A stretch of DNA of 45,115 bases, taken from positions 1 to 45,115 of IMG/VR virus record IMGVR_UViG_3300045988_060953; one strand, given 5' to 3'. Positions 14,446 to 23,882 of the stretch are shown one piece after another (position 1 is the stretch's first letter; every line of letters starts with the position of its first letter). The notes under the pieces are model-generated. The model ran no database searches and was not told where the DNA came from. It was given only the letters and a program-made list of their open reading frames with translations. Made by a program: the position numbers and the translations under genes. Source of the DNA: a virus.

Positions 14446-15387
14446 TCAGCCCTCCAGCAGTGCGGGGTTCACCAGGCCCAGCAGCTTGTCCAGCTTGGCT
14501 TCAATGCGGCCCAGCTGCTCGGCAGTGTCGTCTTTGCCACTGTCCGGGGCCGGTTCAGGGGTCGGCTCTGGCACATACTCCACGCAGCCCACCGCCAGAG
14601 CGGCGGCCTTTGCGGCGATGGCCTTCCGGTCGCCTGCGCTGGCGGGGCCGATGATGAGATAGTCACCCGCGTCCTCATGGGGCAGGCCCAGGCTGTCCGC
14701 CAGGGCTGCCAGGGTCTTGCGGTCGCCGCCCGATACCGGGCCAACTTTCAGCAAATCGCTCATGGGTACGTCCTCCTTCTTTTCTCCGGTGATGATCGCC
14801 GGATAGTCCTTGTACGCATGGTTGCAGTCAACCCGCCCGGAAATGCCCGGCACGGTGCCGCTGCTGGTGTACTGCCACATACCGTAGGGGCCGGTGTAGT
14901 CGGTGCGGGCGGTGTAGTGGGCCAGCCAAAAGTCATAGCGGCTCAACGCGGCCATGTCAAGATAAGCCGCCGCGAAAGACTTGTAGGTGTACAAGATGCA
15001 GTAGCGCCCCAGCTCCTCAACGCGGCCCAAAAACGCCGCACACAGGCTTGCGTTCGCGGCCCGCGAAAAGTGCTTGTAAAGCGTCGCGTGCTCAAAGTCA
15101 AGGGCGATGGGCATATCGCAGGTAAAGCCGTCCAGCATGGCCACACAGGCGCTTGCGGCTGCCTTCATGGCGCTTTCGCTCGTGCAATAGCTGTACAGAT
15201 ACACGCCCGTATGCAGGCCCGCAGTATGTGCACTGGCCATGTTCTGCCGGTAAAAAGGGTCTTCGGTGATCGTACCATCCGAGTTAATCCAGCCCTGCCG
15301 CACCATCGCAAAGCCCATGCCGGATGCTTTTACCTTGTTCCAGTCAATGGTGCCCTGATACTTGGATACGTCAACGCCATCCATCAT
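14446..15387 (-). CDS. Endolysin: GH25 muramidase domain plus a C-terminal repeat region
   Basis: The N-terminus MMDGVDVSKYQGTIDWNKVKASGMGFAMVRQGW is the GH25 signature. ATG at 15387 is preferred over GTG at 15402. The C-terminus carries two about 21-aa repeats, VGPVSGGDRKTLAALADSLGL and IGPASAGDRKAIAAKAAALAV. Confidence 0.85.
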   Translation of the reverse strand: MMDGVDVSKYQGTIDWNKVKASGMGFAMVRQGWINSDGTITEDPFYRQNMASAHTAGLHTGVYLYSYCTSESAMKAAASACVAMLDGFTCDMPIALDFEHATLYKHFSRAANASLCAAFLGRVEELGRYCILYTYKSFAAAYLDMAALSRYDFWLAHYTARTDYTGPYGMWQYTSSGTVPGISGRVDCNHAYKDYPAIITGEKKEDVPMSDLLKVGPVSGGDRKTLAALADSLGLPHEDAGDYLIIGPASAGDRKAIAAKAAALAVGCVEYVPEPTPEPAPDSGKDDTAEQLGRIEAKLDKLLGLVNPALLEG

Positions 15388-15389
15388 GC

Positions 15390-15557
15390 TCAATCCAGCC
15401 ACCCCATTTCTTTCATGTCAGCCCGCACCTCGTCGATTTCCGCCTGCGTGATTTCAGCCAGCGCGGCGACGGGTACGCCAGCCGCATCGGCAGCTGCCTC
15501 TTCTGTGGCGCCATAGACAAGGGCTTTGATGGCCTCCTGCTTTTGCTCGTATGTCAT
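15390..15557 (-). CDS. Hypothetical 55-aa protein (below ORF-track cutoff)
   Basis: RBS GGAGGAG. MTYEQKQEAIKALVYGATEEAAADAAGVPVAALAEITQAEIDEVRADMKEMGWLD. The segment AAADAAGVPVAALAEI is HTH-like. Confidence 0.5.
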   Translation of the reverse strand: MTYEQKQEAIKALVYGATEEAAADAAGVPVAALAEITQAEIDEVRADMKEMGWLD

Positions 15558-15570
15558 AGTTCTCCTCCTC

Positions 15571-16323
15571 TCAAACGCGGTAAATCGTTACAACCCCCAG
15601 CTCAGAGTAGTCGCTGTTTCCGGTTGTGACAGAAACCCACTGCGAACCATTGAGGACGAACGTCCCAGCAGCACCCCACTGAGAGCTAAAATACTCCCGC
15701 TCTGCGCTGTAAATCCGGGTGGAAAGGGTGCCTGCATCCGCGATATAACAGCCTTTCAGGTCAGAGATTGCCCCGCACGCCCGGTAAGTGCCCGCCGGGA
15801 GCCAACAGCCCCAGCCGCCGAAGCCGGAGGTGCCGCCCACCGTGTAGGCCAGCTTGAGCCGGTTGGGGCTACCGCCGCTCCACCGGTTGTCGCCAATCGT
15901 CGCAAACATGGCCACGGCGTGGCCCCTGCCGGTGATGCCCAGCACTGTATTCCCAGCACAGAGGTTCCCGTCGTTCAGGCCGATGGTCGAGGCGACTTTG
16001 GCAAAAGTCTCGCCCACATAGCTTTCGCCGCTATAATAGCCCGCCGGGGGCTTCAGAAAGAGCCGAGACACGCCGTCCGTATTTTGGTAGGCTTGCGTGT
16101 CTCGCTCCACGGGTGTGACAGCGACGCTTGGGAAGGCGGTAGATGCACCAACAGCCCCATGCTTGCCCACCGTGTTCCGGTTCAAAATCGTGCCGGTCAC
16201 CTGCTCGCCGTCCTTGCCGTGGGCGGTGGCCCCTTCCAGCAGCTTCGCCGCCGCCACGGTGTCCTTGGTCAGGTCGATCAGCACCTTGGCGTTAAAAACG
16301 ATTTTACTGTTGCCCATAGCCAT
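15571..16323 (-). CDS. Tail fibre / receptor-binding paralog
   Basis: 250 aa. The N-terminus (NSKIVFNAKVLIDLTKDTVAAAKLLEGATAHGKDGEQVTG) is paralogous to the 16323-16910 product. The central NRNTVGKHGAVG...DGVSRLFLKPPAGYYSGESYVGETFAKVASTIGL is paralogous to the 17553-18860 product. Confidence 0.65.
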   Translation of the reverse strand: MAMGNSKIVFNAKVLIDLTKDTVAAAKLLEGATAHGKDGEQVTGTILNRNTVGKHGAVGASTAFPSVAVTPVERDTQAYQNTDGVSRLFLKPPAGYYSGESYVGETFAKVASTIGLNDGNLCAGNTVLGITGRGHAVAMFATIGDNRWSGGSPNRLKLAYTVGGTSGFGGWGCWLPAGTYRACGAISDLKGCYIADAGTLSTRIYSAEREYFSSQWGAAGTFVLNGSQWVSVTTGNSDYSELGVVTIYRV

Positions 16324-16910
16324 TACCCGATGGTCACGGTTTTGCCGCCAGATGTGTTGTCGCTCACCGCGTAGGGGATGGCGGCCACAACCACTTGTGA
16401 CAGGCAGTTATAGCCTGTATCCGGCAGCACCGTTTGCGCAGTAGCTTTGGGCGTTACACTCTTGCTTTGAGGCTTCATGCCCTCGCTCCCGGACATCGTA
16501 CCGCTGACCCCCAGCACGGTCACGCCCTTGCGGATGTTGGTAGGGATGAGCTTTGCCTGTTCGGTGCTGTCGATGGTCACTTTGCCGCTGCCGTCGTGGT
16601 AGCCCTGGGGCACGGTGTAGGCCCCGGCCTTGGTGCTGATTGTCCCGGTCACTGCGCCACGATTAGGCATTTCGCCGGAAACTTTTGTGCCTTTCACATA
16701 TGCGGTTTTCCCAGACAGAATTTCTGCCGCCGTAGCGGTGGCGTCGCCCGTTGCGGCATCGAAGTCACAGGTTCCAGTAACGGGCGCACCGTCTTTCCCG
16801 TGGGCTGTGACCCCGGCAAGCAATTTATCGGCGGTGACGGTATCGCCGGTGAGATCCATCAAGACGTCGCCGTTAAAAATCACTTTGCTGTTGTAAGTAG
16901 CTGCTGGCAT
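16323..16910 (-). CDS. Tail fibre-like paralog
   Basis: 195 aa from ATG 16910 (RBS GGGGAGG 9 nt upstream). Repeated module (SKVIFNGDVLMDLTGDTVTADKLLAGVTAHGKDGAPVTG; AAEILSGKTAYVKGTKVSGEMPNRG). Confidence 0.6.
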   Translation of the reverse strand: MPAATYNSKVIFNGDVLMDLTGDTVTADKLLAGVTAHGKDGAPVTGTCDFDAATGDATATAAEILSGKTAYVKGTKVSGEMPNRGAVTGTISTKAGAYTVPQGYHDGSGKVTIDSTEQAKLIPTNIRKGVTVLGVSGTMSGSEGMKPQSKSVTPKATAQTVLPDTGYNCLSQVVVAAIPYAVSDNTSGGKTVTIG

Positions 16911-16911
16911 G

Positions 16912-17211
16912 TTATGCATCCTCCCCGATGTACACTGTGTTCCCGCCCGACGTGTTGCCCACGTCCCAGCGTTTGATTTCTCGCACTATGATGTTGTCTG
17001 TGAGATACTTGTTTTCCGTTTCGAGTTCTTGTTCGCTGCCTTTCGGCGTTACTTCATACGGGCCGAGGTAATTCTCCGGCAATGCGGTTCCCCCACTGAA
17101 AGAGAAATCGAATGTTGCATCTGTACTACTAAGGTCAGCCGAAAACCGCACGTCTTCGACAACATCAAAGGTGGCAGCGAACGTTGCCTCTGTGCTGCTC
17201 CATCCCGGCAT
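16912..17211 (-). CDS. Hypothetical tail-associated protein
   Basis: 99 aa. Coupled to both neighbours. No motif recognised. Confidence 0.45.
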   Translation of the reverse strand: MPGWSSTEATFAATFDVVEDVRFSADLSSTDATFDFSFSGGTALPENYLGPYEVTPKGSEQELETENKYLTDNIIVREIKRWDVGNTSGGNTVYIGEDA

Positions 17212-17525
17212 TAAATCACACCGTCCTTGAGCACTTCATCGGTCTCAGCCTCAACAATATCACTTTTGAGCGCTGTGCCGTCTTTTTTGCGCAATCGGAC
17301 TTGGATTCTGATTTTGCCTGCCTTCGGGTTAAAAGCAAGGGTGTCCTCTTGCCCAAGAGGCACCAGCAAATCCGTGCCTACCATTTGGCACTCTTCCAAA
17401 CTTTTTTCCACCACGGTCTTGTTACGTTGCTCATACGTCACATACAAACTTGCCAGTTCGCTCTGCGTCACAGGCAACGTAATTCTATTCGTTACGGTTG
17501 TGCCGCTAGAGATTATGGTGCTCAT
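17211..17525 (-). CDS. Hypothetical tail-associated protein
   Basis: 104 aa from ATG 17525 (RBS AGGAGG). The track's GTG at 17534 is too close to the RBS. Confidence 0.45.
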   Translation of the reverse strand: MSTIISSGTTVTNRITLPVTQSELASLYVTYEQRNKTVVEKSLEECQMVGTDLLVPLGQEDTLAFNPKAGKIRIQVRLRKKDGTALKSDIVEAETDEVLKDGVI

Positions 17526-17552
17526 GTTTGTCACACCTCCTATTGCTTTTAA

Positions 17553-18860
17553 TCACACATAGCAGATAACGCCATATCCATGCGGTGTACCACCGCCGTA
17601 GTTGCCATCCCATTGCATATAAATGTTTTGGTTTGCAATCACAGAGAACGTAGCAACGTAAAAGTTGTTTCTCATTGGCGTTGCCACAACCTTACTACCA
17701 ATGGTAATTGATTTGATTTGCATATCGTGATTGGCGTTGCCCACGAAGAAGAAAAGCAGAGTACCAGCGGATGGAGTGGTAGCCATCATATGCGTCGAGT
17801 AGTCTTCTGGAATAGATCCATTCCAAACCGCTTTCGTCACACCGGCCCCATTTACGCCCAGCACCGTGTTCCCGGCGCAAAGCTTGCCCGCTGTCAGGCC
17901 GATTGCGCTGGCCACTTTGGCAAAAGTCTCGCCCACATAGCTGTTCCCATCGTAAAATCCAGCAGGAGGCTGCAAGCACAAGCGAGAAACCCCATCAAGG
18001 TTGTTGTTTGTTTGCGTGTTGTTGCTATTCGCTTTGGATACGGCCACCTCTGGAAAATACTGGCTGATTCCTACGGTACCGTTTTGCCCGACGGTGTTGC
18101 GTGGCAGGATTTCACCGGTTTTAAGCGTTTTGTCGCCAGAATAAAACTTTTTGCCAGAAATCACGTCTCCGGTGTCGGCAGTGGCGAGGGCGAGCTTGGT
18201 ATTCGACAGGCCCCCGCCACCATTAAAATTTATCTGCGTACCGTCCTGCGTAAAGGTCAGCCACCGGCCCGTGACGGATTCACCGGCCAGCGCATCGGCA
18301 AAGGTTTCCGCGCCCACATAGGCGGGCACTTCCTTTCCGCCCAGCATCACCGTGTCCCCGGCTTCCACGTCAGCCGTCATCTTGGCGCGGCCGCTTGTGC
18401 CAGAGCCGTTAAAGTGGTGCACGTTGTCCATCTTGGTGTGCGTGTAAGTGCTTACGCCGCGAGAGTCGGCATAGGCGAAGATGTCCCGTTGCCTGTGGGT
18501 CGGGTCATACGTGGCTTGCGTCATATCCGCACTACCAATCTGGTCAATGCGGTCGCTGATTGCTTTTTCTGTCTGGTCTTTTGTATACGCGCCGACCTGT
18601 TCCGCAGTTACATTGTGCGGATTTTCCAGGTTGTCAATGTGGCCTTGCGCTGTGCGGTTTTTGCCTTTGGCGCCGATTTGACTTGCCGCCGAAGGCCCTA
18701 AAAGTTCGTCCACTAGCTGATTGAACTTCGGCACAAGAACTTCCCGTGCTATCTGCTCAAACTTCGCCTGCATCTCGCTTGTGGAAAGGCCGGGCGTATC
18801 GGGCAGCCCCATAACGCCCTTGTCCTTCAAATCTCCGTCTGTGATTTTTGTGAAGGCCAT
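17553..18860 (-). CDS. Tail fibre / tail appendage protein
   Basis: 435 aa. The N-terminus MAFTKITDGDLKDKGVMGLPDTPGLSTSEMQAKFEQIAREVLVPKFNQLVDEL is a typical phage fibre anchor. The C-terminal half shares a module with the 15571-16323 product. Confidence 0.7.
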   Translation of the reverse strand: MAFTKITDGDLKDKGVMGLPDTPGLSTSEMQAKFEQIAREVLVPKFNQLVDELLGPSAASQIGAKGKNRTAQGHIDNLENPHNVTAEQVGAYTKDQTEKAISDRIDQIGSADMTQATYDPTHRQRDIFAYADSRGVSTYTHTKMDNVHHFNGSGTSGRAKMTADVEAGDTVMLGGKEVPAYVGAETFADALAGESVTGRWLTFTQDGTQINFNGGGGLSNTKLALATADTGDVISGKKFYSGDKTLKTGEILPRNTVGQNGTVGISQYFPEVAVSKANSNNTQTNNNLDGVSRLCLQPPAGFYDGNSYVGETFAKVASAIGLTAGKLCAGNTVLGVNGAGVTKAVWNGSIPEDYSTHMMATTPSAGTLLFFFVGNANHDMQIKSITIGSKVVATPMRNNFYVATFSVIANQNIYMQWDGNYGGGTPHGYGVICYV

Positions 18861-19442
18861 TTACCACCACCCACTTTCACTTGTAAATTCCGTGTCGATG
18901 TTTTCTGCCTGCCGGTTTTGCAGGCGCTCAAACGCCGTTTCAAACTCGTTGCGGTACGTTGTCGCAATTGCCAGATCATCGTCCTTGTACAGCTGACTCG
19001 CCATGTACATAGGCAAAAGCGCCGCCGCATCTTCCGGCAGGTCGATTTCTTGCGCGTCCGGCGTGTTCTCTGTGATTCTGGCAGGCTTTGCGTTGTAATA
19101 CACCAGCACAGATTCAATGCCTTTTGGAACCACCAGCAAATGCCCGCCCAGAAGTTTCAAGGACACAGGCCGGGGTTCGTCTCCATCCATACAGTATGTT
19201 TCAAAGTCTCCCACATTAAGGAAGTCAATGAGTTCATCTTCAAGGTCAAACGTTCTGGATTGAGCCGGGTCTTTCGTCAGCGTATCATACGAACGGATGT
19301 GTTTACCCGCATCCGTCGTCGCAATCATCTGGATCGCTTCATTGGCGGCTTGCGGCATTGCCGCGAGATAGTCCTCTGCGCCTTCATCTTCCGAGGTAAA
19401 CATCTTCTGCAAGGTTGCGGTTTTGCATTCTCCCCACGTCAT
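18861..19442 (-). CDS. Head-tail adaptor/connector candidate
   Basis: 193 aa. Start overlaps the portal stop (ATGA). Assignment is from position only. Confidence 0.4.
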   Translation of the reverse strand: MTWGECKTATLQKMFTSEDEGAEDYLAAMPQAANEAIQMIATTDAGKHIRSYDTLTKDPAQSRTFDLEDELIDFLNVGDFETYCMDGDEPRPVSLKLLGGHLLVVPKGIESVLVYYNAKPARITENTPDAQEIDLPEDAAALLPMYMASQLYKDDDLAIATTYRNEFETAFERLQNRQAENIDTEFTSESGWW

Positions 19443-21361
19443 ACGTCTGCCCCCTCCAAATGGTCACTGTCAGTCATGAGCATATCCGGCTGTATTGCTT
19501 GCTGTGCAGCCGGTTGCATGGCAGCCTGTTGCATTTGCTGCTGCTCGTCCATCTGCTGTTTGATTTCGGTTTTTACCTTCCCAGCCCCAGGGAATCCATT
19601 ATCTTCTAGATAAGTCCAGAATCGGTAGCTGGTAGTCAGGTCACCAATCGGGCCAAACGCACCTGCCTGATACTTCACGTCTGCCATATCCCACAGCCGT
19701 TCACGGTTCGCATCCATGTTCGGGGACGGGTCAACGCCAAAAATAAACTCGTCATCCCAGTACAATTCACCGGCGGCATCCCGTTTCAGGAAATCCCACC
19801 GGTTGAAATGGGCGAACGTCTGCTCTCCGCCGATTGCCGTGTAAGTCATCGGGTACGGTTGGTCAGCATAGGCCAACATGTACTTGAAGAGCAGCTTGTA
19901 CAGCCGCCCATACGCCTGATTCTTCATCTCGCGTTTGGACTGCAAACGGCCAGCCGCCTGTTGTGCAGCAAACTGCTTTGCGCTGCCGCTGGTTGCAGAT
20001 GCATCGTACTTGCCCTGATACGAATCGTTAATGCCCAGCGTACTCTTTGCCCAGCTGTAATTGCTTTCCAGCATTTGCTGTTCACGGCTTGTGTCGGGCT
20101 GAACATTGATAACAGAGATCAACGCCTTTTCCGCCGGGTTTTTCAGCCGCATGATTTTCAGCTCTTTGTCGCTGGTTTCAACCTGAACGCCTTGCGGAAG
20201 CGTAACATAGCTGCCGCCTTTGAGCAGCTTCTCTTCAATCTTCGTGCCAAACTTCTTGATCGCGTTTTGCTGATCTTCAATCACATCAACGTCGCTCACG
20301 CCCAAGAAGCGGCCGAACATCCGCACATTGCTGCGGAGAATAACGGGAATTTCTTTCGGCTCGTAGTACGGGATTTGCGTGGGCACGTTCGGGCCGGGCA
20401 TGGTAATAGCCACGCCTTCCTCGTCCACCTGCGGGGTTCCGTCCGGGTTCATCACAAGTTCGTCTTTACCCGGGGTGCTTGCCGCAACAGTTTCACCGCC
20501 AAAAATGGTGATGTCCGCGGTCAGCTCTTGCACATCCAGCGGGCCTTCCACGAACTTTTTGCTGCCGCACTCGCACACATCTCCGGACTTCGGGCGGCCG
20601 CATTTCGCGCACACCTCGCCGCGCCGTTTCTGGCAGTTGTCCAAATCTTCCAGAGTTACGTCTCCGCACCAGCTGTACATGCCAACGCCGCCTTCATCGT
20701 TACGATAATACGCGATATTTTGAGTAACAATGCCACTTACAGAACTCGGATTCTGCCCTCTGGCCGCCACATCATCCTCTGTTTCATCCTTGATTTCAAC
20801 GCCGTACCGCCGTTCAAGGTAGCGTTTCGGCTGGCTTACAAGAATGAAAATGTACTCCATCTTGTCGATGTCGTACACGCCGGGCTGCGGAATAACCTGC
20901 TTCGGGTGGCGCTCTGTCAGCGTTACGTCGCCCAACATACAGTGGTATCCGCCGTGCGGGTCCCACTCAACGTGAAAAAAGTCGCCGCCCTGAATGGGGA
21001 CGGTTCGCTCTTGCAGGTCGTTCAGCTCTTTCAGGTTGAGCTGCTTGCTCAGGTTCAGCAACAGAGCCTCAATCTTTTTTGCAAGCTCTTTGTCCTCTTC
21101 GTGGATAGCTGTGACGCGGGGGGCGGGGATAGAGGAATCCACCTGGCTTTCGATCAGCTCGTACACGATGTTGCGGACGTTGGTTGCCTTTTTTTCTGCG
21201 TCTGTACCGTTTGCGCCACGAATGTTTTTGTCGCCACGATACAGCGCTTCGCGGGTATCCATAATGGTGCGGTCGTACTGCTTTCTTGCGTCATCCAGCC
21301 GACTTTGCCATTTCCCCCGCTTTGTGGCATCGTCAGCAGCGTGTTTCAGCTTCTCGAACAT
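19439..21361 (-). CDS. Portal protein
   Basis: 640 aa. RBS GGAGGAG. N-terminal KATNVRNIVYELIESQVDSSIPAPRV-type portal motif. Acidic, Q-rich C-terminus. The size fits a portal. Confidence 0.65.
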   Translation of the reverse strand: MFEKLKHAADDATKRGKWQSRLDDARKQYDRTIMDTREALYRGDKNIRGANGTDAEKKATNVRNIVYELIESQVDSSIPAPRVTAIHEEDKELAKKIEALLLNLSKQLNLKELNDLQERTVPIQGGDFFHVEWDPHGGYHCMLGDVTLTERHPKQVIPQPGVYDIDKMEYIFILVSQPKRYLERRYGVEIKDETEDDVAARGQNPSSVSGIVTQNIAYYRNDEGGVGMYSWCGDVTLEDLDNCQKRRGEVCAKCGRPKSGDVCECGSKKFVEGPLDVQELTADITIFGGETVAASTPGKDELVMNPDGTPQVDEEGVAITMPGPNVPTQIPYYEPKEIPVILRSNVRMFGRFLGVSDVDVIEDQQNAIKKFGTKIEEKLLKGGSYVTLPQGVQVETSDKELKIMRLKNPAEKALISVINVQPDTSREQQMLESNYSWAKSTLGINDSYQGKYDASATSGSAKQFAAQQAAGRLQSKREMKNQAYGRLYKLLFKYMLAYADQPYPMTYTAIGGEQTFAHFNRWDFLKRDAAGELYWDDEFIFGVDPSPNMDANRERLWDMADVKYQAGAFGPIGDLTTSYRFWTYLEDNGFPGAGKVKTEIKQQMDEQQQMQQAAMQPAAQQAIQPDMLMTDSDHLEGADV

Positions 21362-21423
21362 GGCTCCTCCAAAAAAATGTCCCCACCATCAGGCAGGGAC
21401 ATCGGTAAATCAGGTAGGTTTAA

Positions 21424-22434
21424 TTAGGCGGTCAGAGTAGTGCCGCCAGTCACGCCGCCGCCGCACAGGGCAATGCAGCGCCAGTTGTTGAATCCGGCGC
21501 CGAAGCGGGCGCGGCCACGGAACACGTTGGCGTCGGTGTTGGGGTCAATCTCGCTCTTGACGGTCAGGGCAACACGGTCAACCCAGGGCATACACAGATA
21601 GTCGTCCTTGAACTGGCTGTCCATCATCAGGAAGAAGGGCTTGCCGCCGATGGACTTGGGCAGATAAGGCCAAATCAGTACGTTCCACAGGCCAGCCTGG
21701 AAGTTCATTGCGTTCTTGTTGCTCTCAGGATCAAGGTCGCTGGACACAGCGGCCAGGACGGCGCGCTTCAAGGAAGCCACGTTGGGAATGATGATGGTGT
21801 CGGGGGCGACGTTCAGCAGATTGCCGTCGTCGTCGGTGAAGCTCTGCATGGCCTCCTGAACCTGATCCAGAATGCTGGTGCTGAAATCAGCCTTGAAGAA
21901 GTTGCTCTGGGTCAGCTTGGTGCCCTTTGTGGCACTGGGGTGAGCGGTCGAGAACAGGGCCACGCCGTCAGCAGAAGCGGTGCTGTAGGTCTTGTTCTGA
22001 ATCTTGACGGAAGTGCCAGTGCCACCGGCCAGCAGGGAAGCGGCGAACTTCTCACGAGTGCGGTTGTAGCTGGTGGAGAAGATACCGGCGCGGCTCTTGA
22101 TCTTGCCGATCTTTGCATCCTCGATCATCTCTTGCGTAACCTCAAAGCTGGACTTCCAGGTGGTAGGCTCAATGACCTTGGAGAAACCTTCCTGCATACC
22201 AGTCTTGGGGTAAGCGCCATTCTCGCCCACGTCCTCGAAGTCACCAACGCTGGTCTCGTTGGTGTACTTCTCGGCGAAGTTGGTGGAACTTTCCATGTTG
22301 AAGATGTTGGAAATCAGGCTCTTCTCCTCGAACGCCTCAACGCCGCTCTCGATCATAGCCTTGATGGGTTCTTGGCTCTTGCCGAACACGCTGTTGGCAA
22401 CGCCGGAGCCCTCGCTGAAAATGATATTAGCCAT
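21424..22434 (-). CDS. Major capsid protein
   Basis: 336 aa. RBS AAGGAGGA. Follows the scaffold and decoration genes. Highest apparent codon quality. No direct motif proof. Confidence 0.7.
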   Translation of the reverse strand: MANIIFSEGSGVANSVFGKSQEPIKAMIESGVEAFEEKSLISNIFNMESSTNFAEKYTNETSVGDFEDVGENGAYPKTGMQEGFSKVIEPTTWKSSFEVTQEMIEDAKIGKIKSRAGIFSTSYNRTREKFAASLLAGGTGTSVKIQNKTYSTASADGVALFSTAHPSATKGTKLTQSNFFKADFSTSILDQVQEAMQSFTDDDGNLLNVAPDTIIIPNVASLKRAVLAAVSSDLDPESNKNAMNFQAGLWNVLIWPYLPKSIGGKPFFLMMDSQFKDDYLCMPWVDRVALTVKSEIDPNTDANVFRGRARFGAGFNNWRCIALCGGGVTGGTTLTA

Positions 22435-22443
22435 ATGTCCTCC

Positions 22444-22812
22444 TTACAGGAAACGGCCACGGACAATGCCGTTGGCCTTGTTCTCGGTGGAATCGACGGT
22501 AAACACACCGTCAGTGGCGGTGGCAGTCACGCTCAGAGCATCGGTGTTCAGGGTCACCTTGGTACCGGCAGAAGCCACGGCAGCGGTGCTGGTGGTCTCA
22601 AACACGGTGGTGGGCTGAACGCGAATGCAGGGGTACAGGCCGTTGCTGTCGGCAGGGCCCATGATGATGTGAGAGGGTTTTGTAGTCGCGCCGCACTTGG
22701 CCAGGCTGCCAGCGGTCAGCACAGCGGCAGAGCCGCGCGCCAGATTGGCAGCACCGGGCTGGTGCTCAAAAGGTTCCACGTCCGCAATGTCTCGCATTAC
22801 AACGATAAACAT
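22444..22812 (-). CDS. Head decoration / DUF2190-like small capsid protein
   Basis: 122 aa, beta-rich, between the scaffold and the major capsid gene. Confidence 0.45.
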   Translation of the reverse strand: MFIVVMRDIADVEPFEHQPGAANLARGSAAVLTAGSLAKCGATTKPSHIIMGPADSNGLYPCIRVQPTTVFETTSTAAVASAGTKVTLNTDALSVTATATDGVFTVDSTENKANGIVRGRFL

Positions 22813-22814
22813 GG

Positions 22815-23612
22815 TTACTTATCCTTTCCATATTTCTTGTGGTACGCCGCGATTTGGTCGCGCGTCCATTTAGGATTAAACTTGCGATACTCCGCGATGA
22901 TGTCATCGGTCAGGCCGTCGCTTGCGTCATTTCCGCCGCCAATTGGGGCCATGTGGTCTTTACTCTTGGCGGTGTTAATGGCTGCCTGCGTGGCCGCTGC
23001 GCTCTTCTTGGCGGCCAGCCGATCGAAGAAGGCCGCTTTGAAAGCGCTCACCATATCAACATTGCTCATCACAAGCTGGTTGAAAGTGTCAAATTCGGGG
23101 GCGTTACGAAGATCGCCCAGTGTCCGGAATTCGCCGTCCAGTGCGGTGATCTGCCGCATCTGCTCGTTGAATTGCCGCTGGCCGTCTGCTTCACGCTGGG
23201 CCTGAATTGCTTCTTTCGCCTGCTTGATGACGGGGCTGTTGTTGATTGCATCATCGAGAATTTTGGGGTCGATTCCCTTCTGCTGCAAGGACTGGCGGCG
23301 TTGAATGTCCGCCTGCGCGTCCAGTGCTGCGAAGTAATCGTCCATGCTTCGGATGGGATCTCCGGTGGCCGGGTTTGTCAAATGCCCGAACCGCTCAGTC
23401 ACCATACGGTCGTACTTCTGCTTGGCCTTTGCATCAGCACGTTTCCGGCTGGTTTCCCATACTTCGTTAGGGATCTCCTGCTGCTGCCCGGCTTCGGCAG
23501 CATCACCTACGCCTTCATTGGTTGCAGGTTCTCCGGTTGTCTCTTCCTGTGCAGGTGCGGCTGCCTCCTGCTCGACTTCCTCAGTCACAACGCCGCTGGT
23601 ATTCTCTTCCAT
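22815..23612 (-). CDS. Scaffolding protein
   Basis: 265 aa. Acidic N-terminus, long charged helices and a basic C-terminus. Immediately upstream of the capsid genes. Confidence 0.6.
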   Translation of the reverse strand: MEENTSGVVTEEVEQEAAAPAQEETTGEPATNEGVGDAAEAGQQQEIPNEVWETSRKRADAKAKQKYDRMVTERFGHLTNPATGDPIRSMDDYFAALDAQADIQRRQSLQQKGIDPKILDDAINNSPVIKQAKEAIQAQREADGQRQFNEQMRQITALDGEFRTLGDLRNAPEFDTFNQLVMSNVDMVSAFKAAFFDRLAAKKSAAATQAAINTAKSKDHMAPIGGGNDASDGLTDDIIAEYRKFNPKWTRDQIAAYHKKYGKDK

Positions 23613-23625
23613 AATTCCTCACTTG

Positions 23626-23733
23626 TCACTTGCTGCGCAGATCGCCGCCCTTGGTCACGGTAGGCTTCTTGCTGCTAGAGCTGTTGGTAGCCTTCACGCT
23701 GGCGGTACTCTTGTTGCCATTCTCAATCTTCAT
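23626..23733 (-). CDS. 35-aa basic peptide (below ORF-track cutoff)
   Basis: Strong RBS GGAAAGGAGGAG. MKIENGNKSTASVKATNSSSSKKPTVTKGGDLRSK. Confidence 0.45.
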   Translation of the reverse strand: MKIENGNKSTASVKATNSSSSKKPTVTKGGDLRSK

Positions 23734-23878
23734 GACGCTCCTCCTTTCCTTCCATACTAAGGTCTCTTTCTGCCTGTGCTTGGCCGTAGCCGCTGCACTG
23801 CCGATTGCGGCAAATGAACGTCAGCAGTTCACCGCTGACGTTGACCTTCATTTCAATGCCACATCTAGGACACTTCAT
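23723..23878 (-). CDS. 51-aa zinc-ribbon protein
   Basis: RBS AAGGGGTGA. MKCPRCGIEMKVNVSGELLTFICRNRQCSGYG is CxxC...CxxxxC. Confidence 0.5.
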   Translation of the reverse strand: MKCPRCGIEMKVNVSGELLTFICRNRQCSGYGQAQAERDLSMEGKEERHED

Positions 23879-23882
23879 GCTA

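Noticed and set aside
15571-18860. A diversity-generating retroelement acting on the repeated fibre modules.
   Set aside because: There is no reverse transcriptase gene anywhere in the genome, and no template/variable repeat pair with adenine-specific differences.
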